Positions 1-7,488 of a DNA stretch of 37,876 nucleotides are shown piece by piece. The number at the start of each line of letters is the position of its first letter. The stretch's first letter is position 1. The stretch lies in the IMG/VR virus record IMGVR_UViG_3300047994_000092, positions 1 to 37,876 of that record; one strand, given 5' to 3'. A program made the translations under genes and the position numbers. Under the pieces are notes generated by a model. It saw only the letters and a list, made by a program, of their open reading frames with translations. It did not search any database and was not told the origin of the DNA. Source of the stretch: a virus.

Positions 1-127
1 TCCACCGCCGCCATGCCGGCCATGGCCAGGCCACCGACCACCGGGCTGCGCTCGCCGATCCAGTCGGTGATATCGGTCAGGGGCTGGGTGGCGCCCTTGA
101 TCAGTTCGCCGGTCTTCTCCAGGTAGC
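1..127. repeat. Left copy of exact 127-nt terminal direct repeat (assembly overlap of a circular or circularly permuted genome)
   Basis: tccaccgccgccatgccggcc...gtcttctccaggtagc read at 1-127 and again at 37750-37876. Confidence 0.95.
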
Positions 128-368
128 GCCCGCCCTCGATGGTCTTGGGGCCACCGGCCACGCGCTCCTGGAAGCTCTCCGCATTGCGCACTGCGTTCTT
201 GACGCCGCGCCCGCGCAGCAGATCCGCCATGGCGCGCCAGGCGGCCACCGGCTGCACCGCCATGTTCTTGCCCATCGTCAGCGCCGCATCACCCACGCCC
301 ACGGTCTCGCGGACGTTCTGGCGGATCCGGTCGGCCAGGCTCATCTCGGGTTCAGCGAACGGGTCCAT
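1..368 (-). CDS. 5' segment of a junction-spanning virion protein gene (ATG at 368-366); continues in frame at 37749 downwards
   Basis: Hand translation from 368 gives MDPFAEPEMSLADRIRQNVRETVGVGDAALTMGKNMAVQPVAAW... with no stop before nt 1. Position 41 equals 37790, the apparent start of the tracked 659-aa ORF, and is in the same frame. The ORF track misses it because it runs off the window edge. Confidence 0.7.
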   Translation of the reverse strand, partial: MDPFAEPEMSLADRIRQNVRETVGVGDAALTMGKNMAVQPVAAWRAMADLLRGRGVKNAVRNAESFQERVAGGPKTIEGGRYLEKTGELIKGATQPLTDITDWIGERSPVVGGLAMAGMAAV

Positions 369-369
369 G

Positions 370-753
370 TCAGCCCCCCAGCTTGTGAATGGCGTTGGCC
401 ACATCGGTCTTGCGCTGCGGATCCTCGCCGGCCATGCGCGCATGGCGCTGCTCCGCGTCACGTTTCCAGGTCTGCGTGAAGTCGTCGGCGGTGGTCAGGT
501 TGTTGGCCTTCATGTAAGCCTGGTGCTTGGCCCTGCTGCTGATATCGGCGCCATCGGGTGCGCGCAAGCCCTCATAGTGGCGATCGTTGGCCAGCGCGTT
601 GTGGATGGCAAAGCCTGGCACCACTTCAAAGAAGCGTTCGGCCGGTTCACCGCAGCAAACGAATGTCGGCGGCGCCGCGCAATATTCGCGGATGCTCATC
701 ACGCTGGTGAACTTGGCGCCGCACTTCTGGCACATGAACGAATAGGTACTCAT
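370..753 (-). CDS. Zinc-ribbon protein, 127 aa (CxxC...CC motif)
   Basis: Internal ATG of ORF 370..1455 (MSTYSFMCQKCGAKFTSV...FVCCGEP). The ATG at 753 overlaps the stop of the upstream gene as ATGA. The 234-aa N-terminal extension is Arg/Gly/Ala junk antisense-like sequence overlapping the portal gene. Confidence 0.6.
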   Translation of the reverse strand: MSTYSFMCQKCGAKFTSVMSIREYCAAPPTFVCCGEPAERFFEVVPGFAIHNALANDRHYEGLRAPDGADISSRAKHQAYMKANNLTTADDFTQTWKRDAEQRHARMAGEDPQRKTDVANAIHKLGG

Positions 754-965
754 GGCATCTCCAGCAGCGTCTTGATCTCCTGCTTGCGCTGATTCACCAG
801 CGCCCGCGCGCCGTCGCGCGCCGCGTTCAGCGGGGGCAGGATCAGCGCCAGCTTGCCGCCGCGCTGGTGGGCCAGCTGGATCGCGTTGGAGGTCACGAAC
901 AGGGCGGCCTTGGCCAGGCGCAGCTGGCCCAGCGCGGTCTCGATCTCGGCGGGGGTGGCAGGCAT
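750..965 (-). CDS. Hypothetical 71-aa protein downstream of portal
   Basis: ORF in operon frame, ATGA coupling to the next gene, starts 3 nt after the portal stop. Confidence 0.5.
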   Translation of the reverse strand: MPATPAEIETALGQLRLAKAALFVTSNAIQLAHQRGGKLALILPPLNAARDGARALVNQRKQEIKTLLEMP

Positions 966-968
966 GGC

Positions 969-3074
969 TTACATCGGCGCGCCGTTGAGCGGCGCCGGCT
1001 GTTGCGGTTGGAACGGGGCCACGGATCCAGGGCCAGCGCCCATTGGCTGGGGCCCGCCAGGCTGCGGGCCGCCAGCGGTCATCTGAATGGGCCCTCCAGG
1101 GCCACCGGGCGGCATGCCTGGGGGTGGCAGTGGGTTGGGCATCAGCGCGGTCTCCTTGGCCGTTTTCTCGGCCTCGGCGCCGTACTTGGCGGCCTGGGCC
1201 TTGTTCTTGTCGTCCTCGGGGGTCGGCGGTGGCGGCGGTGGCGGCTGCTGGGCCTTCTGCGTCAGCGCACGCGCGGCCTCGTCCAGCACGCCCTCGATGG
1301 TCTTGGCGCCCTTGAACCCGGCCGCCGCCCATTGCAGCAGCTTGATCAGGAAAGCGCCCGTTTCGGGGCTCTGCTGCACGATCGGCGCGGCGGCCATGAT
1401 GTAGTTGCTGGCGGCGCCCAGGAACTCGGTGCGGGCCTCCTTCTCGGCCGCCCAATCGGGCGCGGCCAGGCTGTCGCTGGTCACTTCGATCGAGTACATG
1501 CTGGTGCCAAAGTCCTTCAGCATCTGGATCGCCGGCTGGGCCAGCGCCGCGTCGGGCGTGCGCTCGATCTGGCTGCGCTTCAGGATGGTCTCGGGCTGGA
1601 ACAGGTTGCTGATGATGTTGGCGCGGATCCGCATCACGGCCGACACAAAGCGGGCCACCTCGTTCTGGAGGTTGGACAGCCTGGCGCCGCCATACTGCAC
1701 CTTCAGCTGCTGGGCCGTGGCGGTCTCGCTGGCCACCGATGCGCCTCGCATAATGTCCGAGATCCCCAGCACCTCGTAAAGGTCATGCTGTAGCTGGGCC
1801 TTGCGCTGGTTCAGCTGCACGATGGCATTCACGTATTGCTCGATGGGCATCCAATCCACCACGCCCTTCAGGCCGCCCTTCTCGGTGAATGCGCTCCAGT
1901 TGTCGGCGGGCACCAGGCTGTTCTCCACGCCGGTGGTCAGCAGCTGCTTGAGCGGGCCGGCCGTCTTGTCGTAGACCCCGGCGCATTTCACAGCATCGGT
2001 AAGGTGGCTGATCTTCGCGTTGATGCGGTCCAGTTCTTTGTAGAGATCCTGGGTCATCGCGTAGTCGGGGCGGGGCAGGAAAGCGCTGGTCAGCGTGGTG
2101 GCCACCACCGGCTGCGGGCAGGGGAAAAAATCCTCAAGCTCCAGCGGGTCGGGCTGGTCATCGAGCAAGAAGGTGCAGCCCTCCACAAACCAGCAAACGT
2201 AGTTGTCATCCTTGCTCCAGATTTCCCACACGGCGGCCTGCTTGAACGGCGTGGCCTTCAGCACATCGGTGTCACGATCGCCCTGGTTGTTGGCCGGCCC
2301 CTGCGTCTGCATCGGCACCATGGCCAGCTGCTGGTCGGTCAGGCTGAAACGCTGCTTCAGCTTCTCCTTGCTCATGTAGACGCGCCTGGCCACCCAGCGG
2401 CATTCGCGCCAGCGGCGGCAGGGGCTGTAGCGGAAGTCGTCCCAATAGACGTAATCCACCTCGGCCTCCTCGTTCAGGATCTGCTCCACCTCCTCGGTCA
2501 TGGGCTGGCCCATCGGATCGATCTGCGGCATGCCAGTAACCGGATCGGTTACTGGCATGGGCACCTTCTCGGTCTCCACCTCATAACGGCACCACACCTG
2601 GCCCAGGCCGCTCACGAAACGATCCTGCACCGCGTCACGCATGGCCGCGTTCGTGTCGTCATGCTCGCGCTCGATATCGCCGTTCAGGATGCGCTCCATG
2701 ATGATGCCGGCCGTGCGCGCCACATCGTCATCGAAGTCCTTGAATTTGCGATCCACCTCGGCCTTGGGCAGGCGGCCATAGATGGCCGACAGGATCACCT
2801 GCACGTTGCTCCAAAACAGGTTTGTCTTGGCCGCGTAGTTGCTCAGTGCGCCGTCCATCTGAGCATGGCCAATGTCCAGGTATTGCTTCTCGCACTCGCG
2901 CGCCGCCTTGGTGAATTTGTCCATCCACTTCTTGCTCGCGTCCAGTTCGGTCTGCCAGCGCTTGGCCTTCTTGGCCGATTCGATCAGCGAAGTCTTGCCG
3001 CCCTTGGCCGGGGCCTTCTTGGGCTTGGTGTCCTGCTCAAGCTCTTGGGTGTCGCCGCCGCTCACGTAGTCCAT
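969..3074 (-). CDS. Portal protein (701 aa from ATG 3074) with Pro/Gly-rich C-terminal tail
   Basis: About 700 aa gene immediately downstream of the large terminase. The tracked start at 3086 is TTG. ATG at 3074 is preceded by GAGG at 6 nt. Confidence 0.8.
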   Translation of the reverse strand: MDYVSGGDTQELEQDTKPKKAPAKGGKTSLIESAKKAKRWQTELDASKKWMDKFTKAARECEKQYLDIGHAQMDGALSNYAAKTNLFWSNVQVILSAIYGRLPKAEVDRKFKDFDDDVARTAGIIMERILNGDIEREHDDTNAAMRDAVQDRFVSGLGQVWCRYEVETEKVPMPVTDPVTGMPQIDPMGQPMTEEVEQILNEEAEVDYVYWDDFRYSPCRRWRECRWVARRVYMSKEKLKQRFSLTDQQLAMVPMQTQGPANNQGDRDTDVLKATPFKQAAVWEIWSKDDNYVCWFVEGCTFLLDDQPDPLELEDFFPCPQPVVATTLTSAFLPRPDYAMTQDLYKELDRINAKISHLTDAVKCAGVYDKTAGPLKQLLTTGVENSLVPADNWSAFTEKGGLKGVVDWMPIEQYVNAIVQLNQRKAQLQHDLYEVLGISDIMRGASVASETATAQQLKVQYGGARLSNLQNEVARFVSAVMRIRANIISNLFQPETILKRSQIERTPDAALAQPAIQMLKDFGTSMYSIEVTSDSLAAPDWAAEKEARTEFLGAASNYIMAAAPIVQQSPETGAFLIKLLQWAAAGFKGAKTIEGVLDEAARALTQKAQQPPPPPPPTPEDDKNKAQAAKYGAEAEKTAKETALMPNPLPPPGMPPGGPGGPIQMTAGGPQPGGPQPMGAGPGSVAPFQPQQPAPLNGAPM

Positions 3075-3082
3075 GGCCCACC

Positions 3083-4432
3083 TCAAATGCGGTTGACGCG
3101 CTGGCCCTGCATCTCAAAGAGATCGGTCAGCGTGAAGGGGTAAAACTTGCCGTCGAACGTCGCGCGTTCGCGGGGCTTGGTGTCTTTGACCAGTTCGCGC
3201 ACCACCTGCGCGCCGTAGCTGAAGGCATCGGATCCGTGGCTGGCCCAGTTGTGATCGGGCTCGGCGCTCATCACCTTGCGCTCGTCATCCCACTTGAATG
3301 ACCAGGCACGCAAAGCCTCCAGGCCACGCGCGCAACGATCCACGTGGAACGTGCAATGCGGGATCACCAGGCGGGCCGCATTGATGCGGTCCTGGAGCTT
3401 GCCCTGGGGCACCACGCTGCACTGGAAAGCCTGGGCGAACTGTTCGGCCACCGTGTAGCGGCTGGCCATGGTCTTGGCGCGGGCATCGTGCGGCAGGTAG
3501 ACATGATCGATGGGCAGGCCCACCGCCTTCAGCCGGTCGATCCACTCGCTGGCATCGAGGCCGTTGCCCTCCTCGTAATGGATCAGGTCGAAGCCGCCCA
3601 GCTTCAGCTGCCAGAACCAGAAGGCCGCCGCATCCCTGTAGCCCAGGTCGCAGCTGACCACGATCTTTGAGCCTGGCGAATAGATCGCGTCCTCGGTGAT
3701 CCGGCCCTCGCGCTCGGCGGCCGACACATAGCGGCCCACGATCGCGCCCACGTTGGCGCTGGCGAAGTCGCAGTAATACTCCTGCTGGATCAGTTCCTCG
3801 GGCATGTCCTGCGCCCGTTCGATCTCCATGTCTGCCTCGGTCAGCACCTGGGTCTCGCGGATGCTCATCACCGCAGTGAATGCGCCCTTCAGCTTCTGCG
3901 CCACCTGCAAGGTGCGCCATGCGTGGTTGTAGCCGCGCGGGGTGTAGATGAAGGAGACCGAACCATTGTTCTCGCGCAGAATCGGGCGCACAAAGTCGTA
4001 TGCCCTCGGGTCGGTCAGGCTCCACTCGCTGAACGTCACATGCACCGGGCTGGCGCCCATCAGGCTGTTGAAGTTGTCAGCGCCGACGATCTGCACGATG
4101 GAGCCATTGACAAGCTCCAGCTTCATCTCATCTTCCAGGCGGCGCTTGACCAGTTCGTTAGGGAAGGTCTGCCTGATCAGGTTCGTGCCCTCGCTGGTGA
4201 TGTTGTCCCACACCACTTTGCGGCCCTGCTTCAGCGTCGGCAGGCAATGCCAGTACAGGCCGGTGCGCTTGAATGCGTCCTTGCATGCCTGGGCCAGCGC
4301 GGTGCGGTCCTTGCCGCCGCGCCGGTGCATCACCCACACCGCGTATTTGCAGCCCTGATCCATGGCCAGCATGTAGGGCGTCTGGTAGTGCCGGGGCACC
4401 ATGCCGCCGTCAATCAGGCGCTGCGTGGCCAT
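3083..4432 (-). CDS. terL: Terminase large subunit
   Basis: 449 aa. Walker A-like HRRGGKDRT, Walker B-like VHVTFSEW, and nuclease-domain signatures VVSCDLG and PDHNWASHGSDAFSY. Sits between the small terminase and portal genes. Confidence 0.85.
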   Translation of the reverse strand: MATQRLIDGGMVPRHYQTPYMLAMDQGCKYAVWVMHRRGGKDRTALAQACKDAFKRTGLYWHCLPTLKQGRKVVWDNITSEGTNLIRQTFPNELVKRRLEDEMKLELVNGSIVQIVGADNFNSLMGASPVHVTFSEWSLTDPRAYDFVRPILRENNGSVSFIYTPRGYNHAWRTLQVAQKLKGAFTAVMSIRETQVLTEADMEIERAQDMPEELIQQEYYCDFASANVGAIVGRYVSAAEREGRITEDAIYSPGSKIVVSCDLGYRDAAAFWFWQLKLGGFDLIHYEEGNGLDASEWIDRLKAVGLPIDHVYLPHDARAKTMASRYTVAEQFAQAFQCSVVPQGKLQDRINAARLVIPHCTFHVDRCARGLEALRAWSFKWDDERKVMSAEPDHNWASHGSDAFSYGAQVVRELVKDTKPRERATFDGKFYPFTLTDLFEMQGQRVNRI

Positions 4433-4796
4433 CCTGCGGCTCCATGTCGATCACCTCGCCACCATTGGCCACCAGCTTCAGCTGCTGGATGTGGCCCTCA
4501 ATCGGGCTGTTCAGCACGCCGGGGACGGGTGTTGCCACCACGTTCAGCTGCTGGATCACGTAGGTAACGCCGGCCTCGGGCTCGTTGGCGTCGTGGCGCA
4601 TGTACTTGCTGAGGCCCATCATGAACACGGCCGGATGCTTCTTGGCCAGCCAGTTCAGATACTTGACGCCGCCCAGGAAGTGCAGGCTGGTCATATACAT
4701 GGTCCGAAGCTCTGAATTCACCTTGTTGGCGCTCATCAGATTCTTCTGGCCAGGCTTGCGCCCACCGCGCTTCACAGGCACGGTTTTCTCGGTCAT
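4410..4796 (-). CDS. terS: Terminase small subunit (putative)
   Basis: 128-aa basic N-terminus (KRGGRKPGQKN) directly upstream of and overlapping terL. Assigned by position. Confidence 0.6.
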   Translation of the reverse strand: MTEKTVPVKRGGRKPGQKNLMSANKVNSELRTMYMTSLHFLGGVKYLNWLAKKHPAVFMMGLSKYMRHDANEPEAGVTYVIQQLNVVATPVPGVLNSPIEGHIQQLKLVANGGEVIDMEPQDGHAAPD

Positions 4797-4800
4797 ATGG

Positions 4801-4841
4801 GTGTGAAATAGAAAAGGCCCCAGGGCTTGCGCACTGGGGCC
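4801..4841 (-). terminator. Rho-independent terminator-like hairpin plus T-tract immediately upstream of terS
   Basis: Stem GGCCCCAG (4816-4823) pairs with CTGGGGCC (4834-4841), with an inner GC/GC pair and tetraloop. On the minus strand it is followed by TTTTCTATTT (4815-4806). Confidence 0.65.
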
Positions 4842-4934
4842 TACTCAGGGCCGTACAGGGTGTCCATCAGTTGGTTGAAACCATTGATCGAGCCGACCCA
4901 GGCAGGAGTTACCCCGCCCGGTGCGGATTCTGCG

Positions 4935-5276
4935 TCAGATAAACCCCAGGTGCAAGAGGCGGCGCTGGAGGTTGGCCATGGCCCTGGTGGTCAGGATCTC
5001 GCGCAGAACCCGGTCCTGCATCATCCGCATGTTGAAAAACACCTCCACGCCCAGGCACTCCGCGCGGGCAATATGTTGCAGCGCCAGCTGTTCGTCGCGG
5101 GGCAGTTTCAGGATCTCGGTCTCGATGGATTTCATCAGCAGCTGCTCATATTCATCCTCGGGCTCACGCCCTGAGTTATCGAATTGAATGCGCGACAAAC
5201 CACGCTCATGGCTGTAATGGCTGCGCCATTGGTGCCAGCGCGCCAGCATCGAGCCAAGGGCGTGGTTATCGTCCAT
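4935..5276 (-). CDS. Hypothetical 113-aa protein, candidate late-gene regulator
   Basis: Last gene before the terminator/terS. The segment EILKLPRDEQLALQHIA weakly resembles sigma-70 region-4 LPxxxRxxL segments. Functional call is inference only. Confidence 0.5.
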   Translation of the reverse strand: MDDNHALGSMLARWHQWRSHYSHERGLSRIQFDNSGREPEDEYEQLLMKSIETEILKLPRDEQLALQHIARAECLGVEVFFNMRMMQDRVLREILTTRAMANLQRRLLHLGFI

Positions 5277-5419
5277 TACAGGCCGCCGCGCGTCACAAGC
5301 AGCGAAGCCACCCAGCAGGCCAGGCCGGCCGCGATCAGGTTCACGCGCCCCGATGGCACGCCAATGGCTGCGACGATGAAAAGGACCAGGGCGGCGATGA
5401 GAAAGATTAAAGAAAGCAT
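5276..5419 (-). CDS. Small membrane protein, 47 aa, two hydrophobic helices (below the ORF-track cutoff)
   Basis: Hand translation: MLSLIFLIAALVLFIVAAIGVPSGRVNLIAAGLACWVASLLVTRGGL. TAATG overlap with the downstream ATG at 5276. Confidence 0.45.
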   Translation of the reverse strand: MLSLIFLIAALVLFIVAAIGVPSGRVNLIAAGLACWVASLLVTRGGL

Positions 5420-5430
5420 GCTGTTCTCCT

Positions 5431-5754
5431 TTAAAACTGGAGCGCCAATTGCGGCGGCTCGGGCTTCTTCCAGGGTGTTTGTTTGCGGTTCACCTCCTGC
5501 TGCTCGATGTATTGAATGGCCAGGCCGATGCCGCGAATATTGCTAAATACCAGCTTGGGCGGGATCTGCGAATAAAGCTCCTTGAACAGCTGCCACAGGA
5601 TCACCAGGCGAATGGGGCGCGGTGACTTGGTGCGGAAGTGGTTGACGGTCGCGGCGCCCACGATGCGGCGCAGGCCGTCGCCCTCCAGCTTGCAGGCGAA
5701 GCGAGCGATTGCAGTAGGGGCCAGGTCTTGCGTGATGGTTGCCAGGTTGTTCAT
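5431..5754 (-). CDS. Hypothetical 107-aa protein
   Basis: ORF in operon orientation. ATGA-type overlap with the upstream gene end (5751-5754). Confidence 0.5.
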   Translation of the reverse strand: MNNLATITQDLAPTAIARFACKLEGDGLRRIVGAATVNHFRTKSPRPIRLVILWQLFKELYSQIPPKLVFSNIRGIGLAIQYIEQQEVNRKQTPWKKPEPPQLALQF

Positions 5755-6113
5755 GGAAAGCGCTCCTCTTGGGAGTTAATCGGAAACATCAGTTTGCTGA
5801 AAAGATCCCGATCTTTTGGGGCGCGGAATAGGAATGTGCGAACAAGCCGGCTTGTTCGTCCATTGGTGTTTTGAAATTCAGACAGGCCACTCGCTTTCAA
5901 ACCCTTGGCAATTCTTGCCTCGGCTTGTGTACGTCCACCAATCTCGTACTCTTGCCAATAGAGAATCAGGAGGGGAATCTTTTTGAAATTCTTGTATCCC
6001 TCCAGCCCCTCGGTATTGCACAGCCATAGGATCTCGGACATAACAAGGTTTAATTCGCGCTCGCGCAAAATGGTGTGACGGCCACGCCCAATGCCTTTGA
6101 GCATTGGAATCAT
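5751..6113 (-). CDS. Hypothetical 120-aa protein in a low-GC island (moron-like)
   Basis: ATG at 6113 overlaps the RusA-like stop as ATGA. Visibly AT-richer than its flanks. Two perfect palindromes lie in its 3' third. Confidence 0.5.
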   Translation of the reverse strand: MIPMLKGIGRGRHTILRERELNLVMSEILWLCNTEGLEGYKNFKKIPLLILYWQEYEIGGRTQAEARIAKGLKASGLSEFQNTNGRTSRLVRTFLFRAPKDRDLFSKLMFPINSQEERFP

Positions 6114-6454
6114 GGCGTCACCACCGGCTGAAACTCGATCTCCACGCCCCACTTGCCGCGCCGCTGCGCATAGGTGTAGTTCACCAGGTTGGCGTGACGG
6201 TCATCGATGCCCAGCCAGGCGGCGATCGCATCGCGGGTGGCCTTCATCGAGCCGGCCAGGTTGTCGGTGTCCAGGCCATTGCTGGGCGCCACGCGCGTGA
6301 TCAGGCAGGTGCAGGGGATCGTCGGCTTGCGCCGGCCCACCAGGCCCCAGCCTATGGCTCTTTTCTCGCGCAGGGCCCGGTTTGCCTTGACGCGCCAATG
6401 CTCCCGGTCATTGAGACCGGCGCCCGTTTTCAGGGGGATCGATATCGGTGTCAT
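6110..6454 (-). CDS. rusA: RusA-like Holliday junction resolvase (putative)
   Basis: 114 aa. The segment LDTDNLAGSMKATRDAIAAWLGIDDRH matches the D-x-DN...D...DD pattern of RusA-family endonucleases. Confidence 0.55.
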   Translation of the reverse strand: MTPISIPLKTGAGLNDREHWRVKANRALREKRAIGWGLVGRRKPTIPCTCLITRVAPSNGLDTDNLAGSMKATRDAIAAWLGIDDRHANLVNYTYAQRRGKWGVEIEFQPVVTP

Positions 6455-6623
6455 TCGGGGCTTTCTTCTGCCCCTCAGCCTTCTTGATCAATTGCTTCAG
6501 CGTGCCCTCTGCTGGGGCTGTCTCTGTCTTGCATACGTGCCCCTGCGGGCAGTAGATCAGCGTCCCCATTGGTGACGGTATGGCGCAGCCGGCCAACGTC
6601 ACCAGGAGGGCCAGCGCTTTCAT
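6408..6623 (-). CDS. Small lipoprotein (71 aa)
   Basis: N-terminus MKALALLVTLAGC is a signal peptide plus lipobox (LAGC). ATGA overlap with the upstream gene. Its 3' end overlaps the RusA-like start by 47 nt. Confidence 0.6.
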   Translation of the reverse strand: MKALALLVTLAGCAIPSPMGTLIYCPQGHVCKTETAPAEGTLKQLIKKAEGQKKAPNDTDIDPPENGRRSQ

Positions 6624-6865
6624 CTGCGTGCCCGCGCGACAGCCGCGCGGCCCTTGTCGGTCAGCTTGTAATGGTGGTGATGGCTGTTCGCCGAATCCTC
6701 CACGATCACATGGCCGGATGTGGTCAGAAACGTGAGCCAGCGCCGCAGCGCATGGGAGCGCCAGCGATCGTGGTCAGACACCCGCCCATCGTCGGCCAGG
6801 TACACCAGCAGCTGCGCCGCGCTGCTGATGCGATGGCTGGCGATGAGCTTGGGCAAGTCGGTCAC
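6620..6865 (-). CDS. Hypothetical 81-aa protein, possible winged-helix DNA binder (GTG start)
   Basis: GTG at 6865 overlaps the Lar-like stop as GTGA. The tracked longer start would overlap the Lar-like gene by 100 nt. Confidence 0.45.
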   Translation of the reverse strand: MTDLPKLIASHRISSAAQLLVYLADDGRVSDHDRWRSHALRRWLTFLTTSGHVIVEDSANSHHHHYKLTDKGRAAVARARR

Positions 6866-7113
6866 GGCTGGGCTCCAATCATGGCGGCGATCTCCTGCAT
6901 CTTCAGCAGCAGCATGTGGGCATCGTTGAGCGGCAGCGCCCGCTCCTCCCACAAGAACCATGCCTCGCGCTCAGATCGAGCGCTAGGGCCTTGCATGTCG
7001 CATGTGTTGCATTGCGTGTAGAACTGCCGGTCAAACTTCGCAGTCCAGCTGCGGTCATACAGGCTGATGCGGCTGCGCCCGCAGAAAGGGCATGCTGAAT
7101 GCTGCTCGATCAC
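6862..7113 (-). CDS. lar: Lar-family restriction-alleviation-like zinc-ribbon protein
   Basis: MIEQHSACPFCG...TQCNTCDMQGP...EAWFLWEER fits the Lar pattern (CPFCG ... C..C ... W..R). Confidence 0.55.
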   Translation of the reverse strand: MIEQHSACPFCGRSRISLYDRSWTAKFDRQFYTQCNTCDMQGPSARSEREAWFLWEERALPLNDAHMLLLKMQEIAAMIGAQP

Positions 7114-7116
7114 GGC

Positions 7117-7488
7117 TCACTCCTGGCCGGCGGCCATGCCCACCGTGTAGGACGGCGGCGCCGGGATCTCCTGGCCGATCGGGCGCCACAGGTGCAGGCA
7201 GTTCGGATGATTGTTGACCCACTCAGAGCGCGGCGGGTGCAGCTGCATCACGCGGTCCTCGTCATCCCAAAACAGCGCCTTTGCTTGGCACATTTCCGAC
7301 CATGTTGGGCAGCGGTTTGGCAGGCTCACGCTCACATGCTCCCAGCCCTCGCCATCGCTGGCGATCACGCGCAGCGGGGCGATGCTGCCCCGGATGGGGA
7401 TGAAGAAACAGCCATTGCAGCCATGTGCCTCGGTCGTTGCCAGCCGGCCGGTGCGCACGCGGTAGCGCTCGGGGGTCTTGAAGGTCAT
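7117..7488 (-). CDS. Hypothetical 123-aa protein (conserved prophage-type domain, function unknown)
   Basis: ATG at 7488 overlaps the upstream stop as ATGA. Sequence MTFKTPERYRVRTGRLATTEAHGCNG...EHVSVSLPNRCPTWSEM. Confidence 0.55.
   Translation of the reverse strand: MTFKTPERYRVRTGRLATTEAHGCNGCFFIPIRGSIAPLRVIASDGEGWEHVSVSLPNRCPTWSEMCQAKALFWDDEDRVMQLHPPRSEWVNNHPNCLHLWRPIGQEIPAPPSYTVGMAAGQE

Noticed and set aside
139-792. 217-aa plus-strand ORF at the left end
   Set aside because: It is antisense to the junction-spanning virion gene and the zinc-ribbon gene. It has Arg/Ala/Gly-rich composition typical of high-GC antisense frames.
370-1455. Full 361-aa version of the minus-strand ORF
   Set aside because: The first 234 aa are Arg/Gly/Ala/Pro junk overlapping the portal gene out of frame. 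Only the part from the internal ATG at 753, which is ATGA-coupled, is credible.
1836-3143. Long antisense ORFs opposite real genes. Others: 18105-19622, 25697-26881, 27143-28237, 28271-29767, 33496-34569, 36054-37343, 14375-15340, 19742-20533 and 20443-21000.
   Set aside because: Each lies opposite a gene with recognisable family signatures or operon coupling. Their products are Gly/Ala/Arg/His/Leu-rich low complexity, as expected by chance in about 65% GC DNA.
5184-5546. 120-aa plus-strand ORF
   Set aside because: It is antisense to the 47-aa membrane protein gene and to the ends of two operon genes. It is out of context in a uniformly minus-strand operon.
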